Positions 1 to 8,758 of a stretch of DNA of 32,393 nucleotides are shown here, piece after piece (position 1 is the stretch's first letter; every line of letters begins with the position of its first letter). Source of the stretch: Candidatus Eiseniibacteriota bacterium. Lineage in GTDB: Bacteria > Eisenbacteria > RBG-16-71-46. The stretch is from the NCBI GenBank assembly GCA_044222065.1, contig JBGAOA010000048.1, forward strand, positions 1-32,393, given 5' to 3'. Position numbers and translations under genes: made by a program. The notes beneath the pieces were generated by a model. The model made no database searches. It had not been told where the DNA came from and saw nothing but the letters and a program-made list of their open reading frames with translations.

Positions 1-2
1 CG

Positions 3-515
3 CGCCGGCCGCACGCGCACGCGCGCGCCGCGACGCGCGCGATCGGATGCGCCGTGGTCACCGTGAGCGACACGCGCGGACGCGCCGACGATTCGAGCGG
101 GGACGCGATCGCCGCCGCGCTCGTGCGCGCCGGAAACGCCGTCGCCTCGCGCGCCTGGGTGCGCGACGAGGTCCGTGCGATCCGGGCCGCGGTGCGGCGC
201 GCGCTCGCGAGCCCCGGCACGGACGCCGTGATCGTCACCGGGGGCACGGGGATCGCGGCGCGCGACGTGACGCCCGAGGCGCTCGCGCCGCTCGTCGAAC
301 GCGAACTGCCGGGCTTCGGCGAGTGCTTCCGCGCGCTCTCGTGGGACGAGATCGGCGCCGCGACGTGGCTCTCGCGCGCCGGCGCCGGCGTCGCGCGCGG
401 CCGGCTGCTCTTCTGGCTGCCGGGCTCGACCCGTGCGGTGCGCCTCGCGCTCGAACGACTGATCCTTCCCGAACTCGCCCACGCCGTGCGGCTGCTCGGC
501 CGGCTTCCCTCCTAG
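3..515 (+). CDS. moaB: Molybdenum cofactor biosynthesis protein MoaB/MogA family (5' partial)
   Basis: Motifs VTVSD, D-x-[23 protein letters not shown]-x-AG, LPGS. The frame is open back to position 3, so the start lies upstream of the window. Confidence 0.88.
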   Translation, partial: RRPHAHARAATRAIGCAVVTVSDTRGRADDSSGDAIAAALVRAGNAVASRAWVRDEVRAIRAAVRRALASPGTDAVIVTGGTGIAARDVTPEALAPLVERELPGFGECFRALSWDEIGAATWLSRAGAGVARGRLLFWLPGSTRAVRLALERLILPELAHAVRLLGRLPS

Positions 516-525
516 AGGAGTGAGC

Positions 526-1080
526 ATGTCCATCAAGCCCGACCACTGGATCCGCAAGATGTGCCTCGAGCACGGCATGATCGAGCCGTTCGAGGAGAAG
601 CAGGTTCGTGAGGGCGTCGTGTCGTACGGCGTGTCCTCGTACGGCTACGACATCCGAGTCGCCGACGAATTCAAGATCTTCACGAACGTGAACTCGACGG
701 TCGTGGATCCGAAGCACGTGGATCCGCGCAGCATGGTCGACGTTCGCGGCGACGTCTGCATCGTGCCCCCGAACTCGTTCGCGCTCGCGCGCTCGGTCGA
801 GTACTTCCGCGTGCCCCGCAACGTCATGACGATCACGGTCGGCAAGAGCACGTACGCCCGCTGCGGGATCATCACGAACGTCACGCCGTTCGAGCCCGAG
901 TGGGAGGGATACGTGACGCTCGAGATCAGCAACACGACGCCCCTGCCGGCGAAGATCTACGCGAACGAAGGCATCGCCCAGGTGCTGTTCTTCGAGAGCG
1001 ACTCGCCGTGCGAGGTGTCGTACCGCGACAAGAACGGCAAGTACCAGCGCCAGGTCGGCATCACGCTGCCGCGGCTCTGA
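526..1080 (+). CDS. dcd: dCTP deaminase
   Basis: [54 protein letters not shown] Shine-Dalgarno at 515-520 before ATG 526. Confidence 0.95.
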   Translation: MSIKPDHWIRKMCLEHGMIEPFEEKQVREGVVSYGVSSYGYDIRVADEFKIFTNVNSTVVDPKHVDPRSMVDVRGDVCIVPPNSFALARSVEYFRVPRNVMTITVGKSTYARCGIITNVTPFEPEWEGYVTLEISNTTPLPAKIYANEGIAQVLFFESDSPCEVSYRDKNGKYQRQVGITLPRL

Positions 1081-1099
1081 GCCGGGCGGTCCCGTCGCC

Positions 1100-1128
1100 T
1101 TGCACGGGCGGGACCCCTTGCCTAGACT
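1100..1128 (+). promoter_or_regulatory. Putative sigma70-type promoter for nuoI
   Basis: TTGCAC (1100-1105), 17-nt spacer, TAGACT (1123-1128). It overlaps a GGTCCC/GGGACC hairpin (1088-1115) just after the dcd stop. Confidence 0.6.
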
Positions 1129-1175
1129 GCGCCGCGATCTTCCCGTCTTCCGAGAACACCTTCGAGGACCGTTCG

Positions 1176-1622
1176 ATGTTCAAGGAGCTCGCCACCGGAC
1201 TCGGCATCACCTTCCAGAACCTGTTCCGCAAGCCGTTCACGGTCCAGTACCCGGAAGAGAAGCTCGAGATGACGCCGCGGTTCCGCGGGCTGCACATCCT
1301 CGCCCGGCACGAAGACGGGCTCGAGCGCTGCGTCGGATGCGAACTGTGCGCCGTCGCGTGCCCGGCCGACGCGATCTTCGTCAAGGCCGCCGAGAACGAT
1401 CCGTCCGATCCGCGCTCGCACGGCGAGCGGCACGCCGAGCGCTACGAGATCAACATGCTGCGGTGCATCTTCTGCGGCATGTGCGAGGAGGCCTGTCCCG
1501 AGGACGCGATCTTCCTCGAGAAGTCCTACGAGCTGTCCGACTACAAGCGCGACGCGTTCATCTACACGAAGGACGAACTGCTCGTCGGGCCGGAGAAGTC
1601 GGGCTACCTGCCCGTCCGCTGA
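1176..1622 (+). CDS. nuoI: NADH-quinone oxidoreductase subunit I (2x[4Fe-4S])
   Basis: TVQYPEEK...[19 protein letters not shown] and [12 protein letters not shown] ferredoxin motifs, [11 protein letters not shown] 1176 preceded by GAGGA; 148 aa. Confidence 0.92.
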   Translation: MFKELATGLGITFQNLFRKPFTVQYPEEKLEMTPRFRGLHILARHEDGLERCVGCELCAVACPADAIFVKAAENDPSDPRSHGERHAERYEINMLRCIFCGMCEEACPEDAIFLEKSYELSDYKRDAFIYTKDELLVGPEKSGYLPVR

Positions 1623-1682
1623 CCCGGGAGGCGCGTGAGCGGCCGGCGGAACGCTCCGCCGGCCGCTCGCGTTTTCGGGTCA
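1620..1682. terminator. Bidirectional hairpin between convergent nuoI and GT4
   Basis: Perfect 14-bp stem GAGCGGCCGGCGGA (1637-1650) / TCCGCCGGCCGCTC (1655-1668) with a 4-nt loop, followed by GCGTTTT. Outer arms TGACCCG/CGGGTCA contain both stop codons. Confidence 0.75.
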
Positions 1683-2648
1683 GGCGCCGAGCTGAGCGAG
1701 CAGCTTCACCGCGAGGCGGTCCCACGACCACGGCGCGGCGCTCGATGGACCGGCCCGGGCGAGGCGTTCGCGAAGTTCCGGCTGCCGGAGCAGGCGTGCG
1801 GCGGCGCGCCGGAGGAAGAACGGGTGACGCCACGCGACGAGCGCGTTTCCGCCGTCGCGCGCGAAGTCCCGCGTTCCGCTGGCGGTGCACACGAGCGCGC
1901 AGCCGCACGCCAGCGCCTCGATCGCCGTGTTGCACCAGCCCGCTTTGCGCTCTGCCGCGACGAACAGATCCGCGCTCTGGTAGAGCGAGACGAGTTCCTC
2001 CTGGCTCGGGTTGATCACGTAGCGCGCGTTCGGCGGCAGCGGGGCGCCGTCACGCGGATCCTGCCGGTTGTGGGGGTCCACGTGGTCGAACAGGACGATT
2101 TCGAATTCCGGTGCGCGTCCGCGCAGGCCGCGGAGCGCCTCGAGGATCAGGTCCGTGCCCTTCTTCGAGCGCGAACGCCGTCCGTTGACGAGCACGCGCA
2201 AGGGCGATGCGCGGCGCTGCGACACATCGGGCCGAAATCGCTCGACGTCGATGCCGCCGACGCCGTCGAGCACCTCGCGGCGCGCGGTTCGGGCGAGCGC
2301 ACGGCGCTGCGCGGACGAATTCGCCGCGAGGCGCAGCCCCGCGCGCGCCGCGCGCGCGATCCCCGGATCGCCCCACAGCACCGCGTAGTAGACGCGCTCT
2401 GCGCTGTGGTGCGCACTCAGCGCGTCGAGCGTGTGTGGGTCCGCGCCGAAGGCGAGGTCGGAACTCGAGTCGGCTGCGGCCGGGAGCGGCGCGACGCGGC
2501 CCTCGTAGCGGAACCAGTCCGGAGATTCTCCCGTCGGGTGGAACAGCGTGACGTCGTGTCCCATCCGGACCCAGCGATTGCCGAGTTCGAGGAAGCGGCG
2601 CACGCCGCCGAAGACGCCGACGTGGGGAAGGAAGGTGGCGATGCGCAT
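1680..2648 (-). CDS. Glycosyltransferase family 4 (GT-B) protein
   Basis: N-terminal MRIATFLPHVGVFGGVRR, GHDVTLF; C-terminal LYQSADLFV...GWCNTAIEALACG (GT4 donor-binding region). Confidence 0.85.
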   Translation of the reverse strand: MRIATFLPHVGVFGGVRRFLELGNRWVRMGHDVTLFHPTGESPDWFRYEGRVAPLPAAADSSSDLAFGADPHTLDALSAHHSAERVYYAVLWGDPGIARAARAGLRLAANSSAQRRALARTARREVLDGVGGIDVERFRPDVSQRRASPLRVLVNGRRSRSKKGTDLILEALRGLRGRAPEFEIVLFDHVDPHNRQDPRDGAPLPPNARYVINPSQEELVSLYQSADLFVAAERKAGWCNTAIEALACGCALVCTASGTRDFARDGGNALVAWRHPFFLRRAAARLLRQPELRERLARAGPSSAAPWSWDRLAVKLLAQLGA

Positions 2649-2846
2649 GGCGCGCGCACGCTAACAGAGGGGGGGAGCGCCTGCACCCGCGGGGCGGGGC
2701 CGTCACGCTTCGGGACGCAGCGGCGTTTCGTCGCGTGACGAACCCTGTTCCGCGTCGGGACGGCGCGTCCGGAAGGCGTCGGCCGATACGCGGCGATTCG
2801 AAGCGAGGGTCGCGATTTTCGCGGGAATCGAGCGTCGCCGGCCGGG

Positions 2847-2862
2847 TGGTACGCATGCTGCT
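2847..2862 (+). promoter_or_regulatory. Putative sigma54 (RpoN) -24/-12 promoter for hsp20-dnaK
   Basis: TGGTACGCATGCTGCT has GG (2848-2849)-N10-GC (2860-2861) with exact spacing. It differs from the TGGCACG-N4-TTGCW consensus at 2 positions and lies 67 nt before the hsp20 ATG. Confidence 0.65.
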
Positions 2863-2928
2863 CTTCGCAGCCGCAGCATCCGCCCGGCGGCCGTAGCCGG
2901 CGATCGACCCCAACCGGAGGAGAACACC

Positions 2929-3378
2929 ATGTCGATCATCCGCTGGACCCCGCGCCCGACGTTCCAGGAACTGGACACCTTCCACGACGACGTGAACCGG
3001 CTGTTCGAGAGCTTCTTCACGCCGGCGGCGCCGGCGGGCGAGTCGCTCGCGTTCGTGCCGCCCACCGACCTCGAGGAGACGCCGGAGGCGTTCCTCGTGC
3101 GGCTCGACCTTCCGGGCGTGCGGACCGAGGACGTCAAGGTCTCCCTGCTCGGTGACACGCTGACGATTCGCGGCGAGCGCAAGCACACGATCGAGAAGCA
3201 GGAAGGCGCGCTCTACCGCCGCGAGCGCCGATATGGCACCTTCGAGCGCTCGTTCCACCTCGGACGCGCCGTGAAGTCGGCCGAGGTCCAGGCCAACTTC
3301 CGTGACGGCGTGCTCGAGATCCGGGTGCCGAAGGCCGACGAGGCCCGCACGCGCGAGATCCAGATCCAGGTCAAGTAA
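2929..3378 (+). CDS. Small heat-shock protein, Hsp20/alpha-crystallin family
   Basis: [47 protein letters not shown]-terminal I-x-I motif. GGAGGAG SD. Confidence 0.95.
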   Translation: MSIIRWTPRPTFQELDTFHDDVNRLFESFFTPAAPAGESLAFVPPTDLEETPEAFLVRLDLPGVRTEDVKVSLLGDTLTIRGERKHTIEKQEGALYRRERRYGTFERSFHLGRAVKSAEVQANFRDGVLEIRVPKADEARTREIQIQVK

Positions 3379-3449
3379 TCGCGGAGCGACCACGGCCGCG
3401 CCGTCCCGAACGGGCGGCGCGGCACTCGCTCATCGGAAAGGACGAAAGC

Positions 3450-5357
3450 ATGGGCAAGGTCATCGGCATCGATCTCGGAACCACCAACTCGTGCGTGGCC
3501 GTGATGGAGGGCGGGGAGCCCAAGGTCATCGCGAACGCCGAGGGCTTCCGCACGACGCCGTCCGTCGTCGCGTTCTCCAAGAGCGGCGAGCGGCTGGTGG
3601 GGTTGGTGGCGCGCCGGCAGGCGGTGACCAACCCGCGCAACACGATCTACTCGATCAAGCGCTTCATGGGGCGCAAGCACGCCGAGGTCGGCTCCGAGAT
3701 CAAGCTCGTTCCGTACGAGGTCGTCGCCGGGACGAACGGCGACGCGCGCGTGAAGGCCGGTGGGGGCGAGTACTCGCCGCCCGAGATCTCCGCGATGATC
3801 CTCCAGAAGATGCGGCAGACCGCGGAGGACTACCTCGGCGAAAAGGTGACCGAAGCCGTGGTCACCGTTCCGGCGTACTTCAACGACAGCCAGCGCCAGG
3901 CGACGAAGGATGCCGGACGCGTGGCCGGGCTCGACGTCAAGCGCATCATCAACGAACCGACCGCGGCCGCGCTCGCGTACGGGCTCGACAAGAAGAAGGA
4001 CGAGAAGGTCGCCGTGTTCGACCTCGGCGGCGGCACGTTCGACATCTCGATCCTCGAGATCGGCGACGGCGTGTTCGAGGTCCGCTCGACGAACGGCGAC
4101 ACGCACCTCGGCGGCGACGACTTCGACCAGAAGGTCATCGACTGGCTCGCGGACGAGTTCCAGAAGTCCGACGGCATCGACCTGCGGCGCGATCCGATGG
4201 CGCTCCAGCGCCTGAAGGAAGCGGCCGAGAAAGCGAAGTGCGAGCTGTCGGGCACGCTCGAGACCGAGGTCAACCTGCCGTTCATCACGGCCGACCAGAA
4301 CGGTCCCCGCCACCTGAACGTGAAGCTCACGCGCGCGAAGCTCGAGCAGCTCGTGGACGATCTCGTCGAACGCTGCCGTGGTCCCGTCGTGCAGGCGCTG
4401 AAGGACGCGGGATTGTCCGCGAGCCAGATCGACGAGGTCGTGCTCGTGGGCGGCTCGACGCGCATGCCGAAGGTGCAGGAGCTCGTGAAGCAGGTGTTCG
4501 GCAAGGAGCCCCACCGCGGAGTGAACCCGGACGAGGTCGTGGCGGTCGGCGCGGCGATCCAGGGCGCAGTGCTCGCCGGCGACGTGCGCGACGTCGTGCT
4601 GCTCGACGTGACGCCGCTGTCGCTCGGACTCGAGACGCTCGGTGGCGTGATGACGACGCTGATCCCGCGCAACACGACGATCCCGACGCGGAAGATGGAG
4701 GTATTCTCGACCGCCTCGGACAGCCAGACGACCGTCGAGATCCACGTGCTCCAGGGCGAACGTCCCATGGGGCGCGACAACAAGACGATCGGCAAGTTCC
4801 ATCTCGACGGCATTCCCTCGGCGCCCCGCGGCATACCGCAGATCGAGGTCGCGTTCGACATCGACGCGAACGGCATCCTGCACGTGTCCGCGAAGGACCG
4901 CGCGACGGGCAAGGAACAGAGCATCCGCATCGAGTCGTCGAGCGGGCTGAGCGAGCAGGACATCCAGCGTATGGTGAAGGACGCCGAGGAGCACTCGGCC
5001 GAGGATCGCCGGCGCAAGGAGGCCATCGAGGCGCGTAACAAGGCGGACCAGCTCGCCTACGAGGTCGAGAAGAACGTGAAGGAGCACGGCGAGAAGCTCG
5101 ACCCCGCGCTCAAGTCGCAGCTCGAGTCCTCGATTCAGGCGGTGCGGACGGCGCTTCAGTCGGAGGACGTGACGGCCATCCAGTCGGCGTCGGAGGCGCT
5201 CGAGAAGAAGTGGCACGAGGCGGCCGCGGCCATGTACCAGCAGGCGGGGCCGACGCCGGGCACCCCGGAGGCGGGGCCTGCGGCCGACGCTCCGGGCGGA
5301 AAGAAGAAGAACGACGGCCCGGGCGCGGTGGACGCCGACTTCGAAGTCGTGAACTGA
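3450..5357 (+). CDS. dnaK: Chaperone DnaK (Hsp70)
   Basis: [43 protein letters not shown], GxPQIEVxFDIDANG, C-terminal VDADFEVV. Confidence 0.99.
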   Translation: MGKVIGIDLGTTNSCVAVMEGGEPKVIANAEGFRTTPSVVAFSKSGERLVGLVARRQAVTNPRNTIYSIKRFMGRKHAEVGSEIKLVPYEVVAGTNGDARVKAGGGEYSPPEISAMILQKMRQTAEDYLGEKVTEAVVTVPAYFNDSQRQATKDAGRVAGLDVKRIINEPTAAALAYGLDKKKDEKVAVFDLGGGTFDISILEIGDGVFEVRSTNGDTHLGGDDFDQKVIDWLADEFQKSDGIDLRRDPMALQRLKEAAEKAKCELSGTLETEVNLPFITADQNGPRHLNVKLTRAKLEQLVDDLVERCRGPVVQALKDAGLSASQIDEVVLVGGSTRMPKVQELVKQVFGKEPHRGVNPDEVVAVGAAIQGAVLAGDVRDVVLLDVTPLSLGLETLGGVMTTLIPRNTTIPTRKMEVFSTASDSQTTVEIHVLQGERPMGRDNKTIGKFHLDGIPSAPRGIPQIEVAFDIDANGILHVSAKDRATGKEQSIRIESSSGLSEQDIQRMVKDAEEHSAEDRRRKEAIEARNKADQLAYEVEKNVKEHGEKLDPALKSQLESSIQAVRTALQSEDVTAIQSASEALEKKWHEAAAAMYQQAGPTPGTPEAGPAADAPGGKKKNDGPGAVDADFEVVN

Positions 5358-5371
5358 CGTGGCAGAGTGTG

Positions 5372-5403
5372 CGGCGCGCGGCGGGGGAACCCATCGCGCG
5401 CCG
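5372..5403 (+). terminator. Putative terminator hairpin after dnaK
   Basis: CGGCGCGCG(GC)GGG-GGAA-CCC(AT)CGCGCGCCG, followed by TTCGCGTT (weak U-tract). Confidence 0.5.
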
Positions 5404-5453
5404 TTCGCGTTCCTGCGGCGGCCCTTCGCACCACACACGTCCGTCCGATCGCC

Positions 5454-6956
5454 ATGATCCCCGAACTCCCGTGGAGCACCGCGGGCCGCGGACTGCAGAC
5501 CGCGGCCCTCGCAGGCTACGCGATCGCTCAGCTGCTGCTCGCGCTGCTCGCGACGCATCGCGGAATCACGCTGTGGCGATTCCGCCGGCGGCTCGCGCGC
5601 GCCGCGACGCCCGCGCCGTCCGTGTGGCCGCGCGTCACCGTGCAGCTGCCGCTCTACAACGAGCCGGCCGTCGCCACGCGCCTGATCGAGGCCGTCGCGT
5701 GTCTCGACCATCCTCGCGACCGCCTCGAGGTCCAGGTGCTCGACGACTCGACCGACGTCACGACCGATCTCGTGGCCGCCGCGGTGCGGGATCATCGCCG
5801 CCGCGGGCTCGACATCCGTCACGTTCGCCGACCGGCGCGGGTCGGCTTCAAGGCGGGCGCGCTCGCCGCGGGGCTCGCGAGCGCGAGCGGCGAGTTCGTC
5901 GCCGTGTTCGACGCCGACTTCGTGCCCGACTCGGATTTCCTGCGCCGCACGCTCCCGCGTTTCTCCGATCCCTCGGTCGGCATGGTGCAGGGGCGGTGGG
6001 GACACCTCAATCGCGGACGGTCGCTGCTCACCGCGGCCCAGGCCGTGCTGCTCGATTCGCACTTCTTCATCGAGCACGACGTGCGGCGTTCGCGCGGGCT
6101 GTTCTTCAATTTCAACGGCACGGCCGGCGTGTGGCGGCGCGCGTGCATCGAGGCGGCCGGGGGCTGGTCGTCGGACACGCTGACCGAGGACCTGGACCTG
6201 AGCTACCGGGCCCAGCTCGCCGGGTGGCGCTTCGAGTTCGACCCGGCGGCCGAGGTTCCGGCCGAACTGCCATCAGATTTCGGCGCGTTCCGATCCCAGC
6301 AGCGCCGCTGGGCCAAGGGCTCGATCCAGACGGCGCGCAAGATCCTCCCGGGGCTGCTGCGTCGTCCGCTGCCGTGGCGCACGAAGCTCGAGTCGCTCGC
6401 GCACCTCGGTGCGAACCTCGCGTATCCGCTCCTGCTCGCGCTCGTGCTGCTGCTCGCGCCGGTGCTGTTCGCGCCTTCCACGCTGAGCCCGCTCGCCGTG
6501 GCGATGCTCCAGCTCGGCCTGTTCGCGACCGGGCTGCTGCCGGTCGCGGCGTTCCTCGCCGCGGGGCAGGCGTGCGCGCGGCGTCCGTGGCCGCTCGTCG
6601 TGCGCGACGTTCTCGGCGCGCTCGCGCTCGGCATCGGCATGTCGGCGAACAACGCGCGCGCCGTGCTCGAGGGCTTCGGGGCGTCCCTCGGCGACTGGGA
6701 GCGGACGCCGAAGTCGGGAGAGGGGGCGGGAGCGCCGGCGTCCGCCCCTCGCGCCGCGGCGCCCGCGCGGCGGGCGTTCTCGGGCCGGACGGAACTCGCG
6801 CTCGCCGTGTACTCGGCGGCGATGCTCGCGGGAGCGGTCGCGACGGGCCGCTGGAACGCGACGCCGTTCCTCGCGCTCGTCGTCGCCGGCTTCGCGTGGG
6901 TCGGTGCCGGAACGCTGCGACACTCACGCCGCGCGTCCCTCGCGCCGCGATCCTGA
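5454..6956 (+). CDS. Processive family-2 glycosyltransferase (cellulose-synthase-like, CslA/CslC-type)
   Basis: VTVQLPLYNE, QVLDDSTD, GFKAGAL, FDADF, FNGTAGVWR, TEDLDLS, QQRRWAKG (D,D,D,QxxRW signature), ERTPK, several C-terminal TM segments. Start taken at ATG 5454. Confidence 0.9.
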   Translation: MIPELPWSTAGRGLQTAALAGYAIAQLLLALLATHRGITLWRFRRRLARAATPAPSVWPRVTVQLPLYNEPAVATRLIEAVACLDHPRDRLEVQVLDDSTDVTTDLVAAAVRDHRRRGLDIRHVRRPARVGFKAGALAAGLASASGEFVAVFDADFVPDSDFLRRTLPRFSDPSVGMVQGRWGHLNRGRSLLTAAQAVLLDSHFFIEHDVRRSRGLFFNFNGTAGVWRRACIEAAGGWSSDTLTEDLDLSYRAQLAGWRFEFDPAAEVPAELPSDFGAFRSQQRRWAKGSIQTARKILPGLLRRPLPWRTKLESLAHLGANLAYPLLLALVLLLAPVLFAPSTLSPLAVAMLQLGLFATGLLPVAAFLAAGQACARRPWPLVVRDVLGALALGIGMSANNARAVLEGFGASLGDWERTPKSGEGAGAPASAPRAAAPARRAFSGRTELALAVYSAAMLAGAVATGRWNATPFLALVVAGFAWVGAGTLRHSRRASLAPRS

Positions 6957-6984
6957 GGCGCGCGGCTCCGCCCCCCCCGAACGA

Positions 6985-7019
6985 CGAACGCCCCGCGGCG
7001 AATCACCGCGGGGCGTTCG
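6985..7019. terminator. Bidirectional hairpin between convergent GT2 and UDP-sugar dehydrogenase
   Basis: Perfect 14-bp stem CGAACGCCCCGCGG (6985-6998) / CCGCGGGGCGTTCG (7006-7019) with a 7-nt loop. Confidence 0.75.
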
Positions 7020-7033
7020 AGCGAAGCGGACGA

Positions 7034-8371
7034 CTAGAGCCGCACGATCTTCTTCGAGCGCCGGTTGCCGAGCGCGTTGCGCGTGTCGACGATCGCCTTC
7101 GACCATCGCACGACCGCCGAATAGTCGAACGCCTTGTGGGCGGTCGCGATCACGACGCAGTCGAAATTGCGGACGTTCGACGCCGTGAACGGGACGTTGC
7201 GCATCGTGCCGCGGCCGAACCGGATCGAGGGCACGAACGGATCCGAGTACTGGATCTGCGCACCTCGCTCGCGGAGCTTTTCCATGATGTCGAGCGACGG
7301 GCTCTCGCGGACGTCGTCGATGTCGGCCTTGTAGGCGACGCCGAGCACGAGCACCTTGCTGCCGCGGATCGCCTTGCCCTGATGGTTGAGCGCTTCGCCC
7401 ACGAGTTCGACCACGTGATCCGGCATGTGGCCGTTCACGTGCCCCGCGAGTTCGATGAACCGCGCCTCGAAGCCGCTCGCTCGCGCCTTCCACGACAGGT
7501 AGAACGGATCGATCGGGATGCAGTGTCCGCCGAGGCCCGGGCCGGGATAGAACGGCATGAAGCCGAACGGCTTCGTGGACGCGGCGCGGATGACTTCCCA
7601 CACATCGATGTCGAGGCGCTTGCACATGAGCGCGAGTTCGTTCACGAGCCCGATGTTGACGCTGCGGAACGTGTTCTCGAGCAGCTTCACCATCTCCGCG
7701 ACCTGCGTCGAAGTGACGGGCACGACGTTCTCGAGGCGCTGGCGGTAGAGCTGCACCGACACTTCGCTGCACGCCGGCGTCACGCCGCCCACGACCTTCG
7801 GAATGTTCTTGGTCGTGAACTGCACGTTGCCCGGATCGACGCGTTCGGGCGAGAAGGCGAGGAAGAAGTCCTTGCCCACCTTCATTCCCGTGGACTCGAG
7901 CTGGGGCAGGATCAGCTCGTCGGTCGTCCCCGGATACGTCGTGCTCTCGAGGATGACGAGCTGGCCGGGATGCAGGTACTTCCGCACCTGCTCGGTGGCC
8001 GCGACGATGTAGGACACGTCCGGATCGCGCTGCTTGGACAGCGGGGTCGGAACGCAGATGTTCACGGTGTCCGCCTTCTTCAGGGCGGAAAAGTCGGTGG
8101 TCGCCGTGAAATTGCCGGCGCGCACGAGCGCGCGAACGTCCTCGGTCGGCACGTCCTGGATGTAGGAGATGCCACGCTGCAATTGCCGCACACGTCGCTC
8201 GTCGATATCGATTCCCGTCACGCGGAAGCCCGCGTGGGCGAACTCGACGGCGAGCGGCAAGCCGACGTAACCGAGCCCGATCACACTGAGGTGGGCCGAC
8301 TTGTTTTCGAGGCGCTGGGAGAGACGAACGGCTGCAGGAGGAAGGCCGGAACGGCCTCGGGGCTTGGACAT
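7034..8371 (-). CDS. Nucleotide-sugar 6-dehydrogenase (UDP-GlcNAc/UDP-ManNAc dehydrogenase, WbpA/WecC-like)
   Basis: GLGYVGLP Rossmann motif, ICVPTP, LESTTYPGTT, FSPERVDPGN, AEMVKLLENTFR, GGHCIPIDP (catalytic Cys), YKADIDDVRESP. Confidence 0.93.
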   Translation of the reverse strand: MSKPRGRSGLPPAAVRLSQRLENKSAHLSVIGLGYVGLPLAVEFAHAGFRVTGIDIDERRVRQLQRGISYIQDVPTEDVRALVRAGNFTATTDFSALKKADTVNICVPTPLSKQRDPDVSYIVAATEQVRKYLHPGQLVILESTTYPGTTDELILPQLESTGMKVGKDFFLAFSPERVDPGNVQFTTKNIPKVVGGVTPACSEVSVQLYRQRLENVVPVTSTQVAEMVKLLENTFRSVNIGLVNELALMCKRLDIDVWEVIRAASTKPFGFMPFYPGPGLGGHCIPIDPFYLSWKARASGFEARFIELAGHVNGHMPDHVVELVGEALNHQGKAIRGSKVLVLGVAYKADIDDVRESPSLDIMEKLRERGAQIQYSDPFVPSIRFGRGTMRNVPFTASNVRNFDCVVIATAHKAFDYSAVVRWSKAIVDTRNALGNRRSKKIVRL

Positions 8372-8567
8372 AGGGGACCGGACGCTAGCAGAGGGTTTCC
8401 AAAAGGGCCAATGGAGCGAGGGCGAAATTCTTCCCTGTCATCGGCGCGGCGAGCGCGAATCCTGAGGGCTTCGATTTCGCGCGACCGAGCCCGACCGCCC
8501 GGACTCGAGAACGCCCTCCAGGCCGCTCGGAACGGGCTTCCGTCGCCTCCTTCGAGCGGCTTTGGTC

Positions 8568-8597
8568 TTGACCCATCGCCCGCGAGACTCCGAGAAT
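8568..8597 (+). promoter_or_regulatory. Putative sigma70-type promoter, predicted +1 near 8604
   Basis: TTGACC (8568-8573), 18-nt spacer, GAGAAT (8592-8597), then 6 nt to G8604. Confidence 0.55.
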
Positions 8598-8603
8598 CGT
8601 CGC

Positions 8604-8712
8604 GGAGGTCCCTGTCCGACGCGTGAAGCCCGCGCGGAGGCTCGCTGGACGATCCGGACGTGCCATCGTTCCGAGCGCCGCGATCCGGCGCACGGCCGCC
8701 GATGGGGCCTCC
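8604..8712 (+). ncRNA. Candidate rod-shaped structured RNA (~109 nt), family unassigned
   Basis: Nested helices across the whole length: GGAGGTCCC/GGGGCCTCC, CGTG/CACG, GCC/GGC, CGCGG/CCGCG, GCTCG/CGAGC, GGACGAT/ATCGTTC. The 5' end coincides with the predicted TSS and an AT-rich tail (ATTCGAATTTCT) follows. Confidence 0.5.
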
Positions 8713-8758
8713 ATTCGAATTTCTCCCGCATCATCCTCAGGAGCCCTGCGCGCCTCGC

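Noticed and set aside
900..1175. N-terminal extension of the 240-aa ORF containing nuoI; similar extensions on the ORFs holding uppP, the ECF sigma, the amidohydrolase, the kinase, rsgA and nfeD
   Set aside because: The extensions overlap upstream genes in another frame; homology and start signals begin at the downstream starts given.
3419..3445. GGCACTC before dnaK resembling a CIRCE half-site
   Set aside because: No GAGTGC second arm at 9-nt spacing; the bases are explained by the intercistronic hairpin.
3213..6077. 954-aa ORF antisense to dnaK (also 3830-5041)
   Set aside because: Long antisense ORFs opposite dnaK/hsp70 are a known by-product of codon bias in GC-rich genes; no independent protein motifs.
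5210..8626. 1138-aa ORF and the many other long Arg/Ala/Pro-rich ORFs in alternative frames
   Set aside because: Shadow frames of real genes. Stop codons are rare at this GC content and these ORFs show no recognisable domains.
8604..8713. Calling the structured element SRP RNA, a tRNA or canonical 6S RNA
   Set aside because: It lacks the SRP helix-8 motif, has no cloverleaf or T-loop despite ending in CCA, and is too short with no clear central bubble for canonical 6S. Left unassigned.
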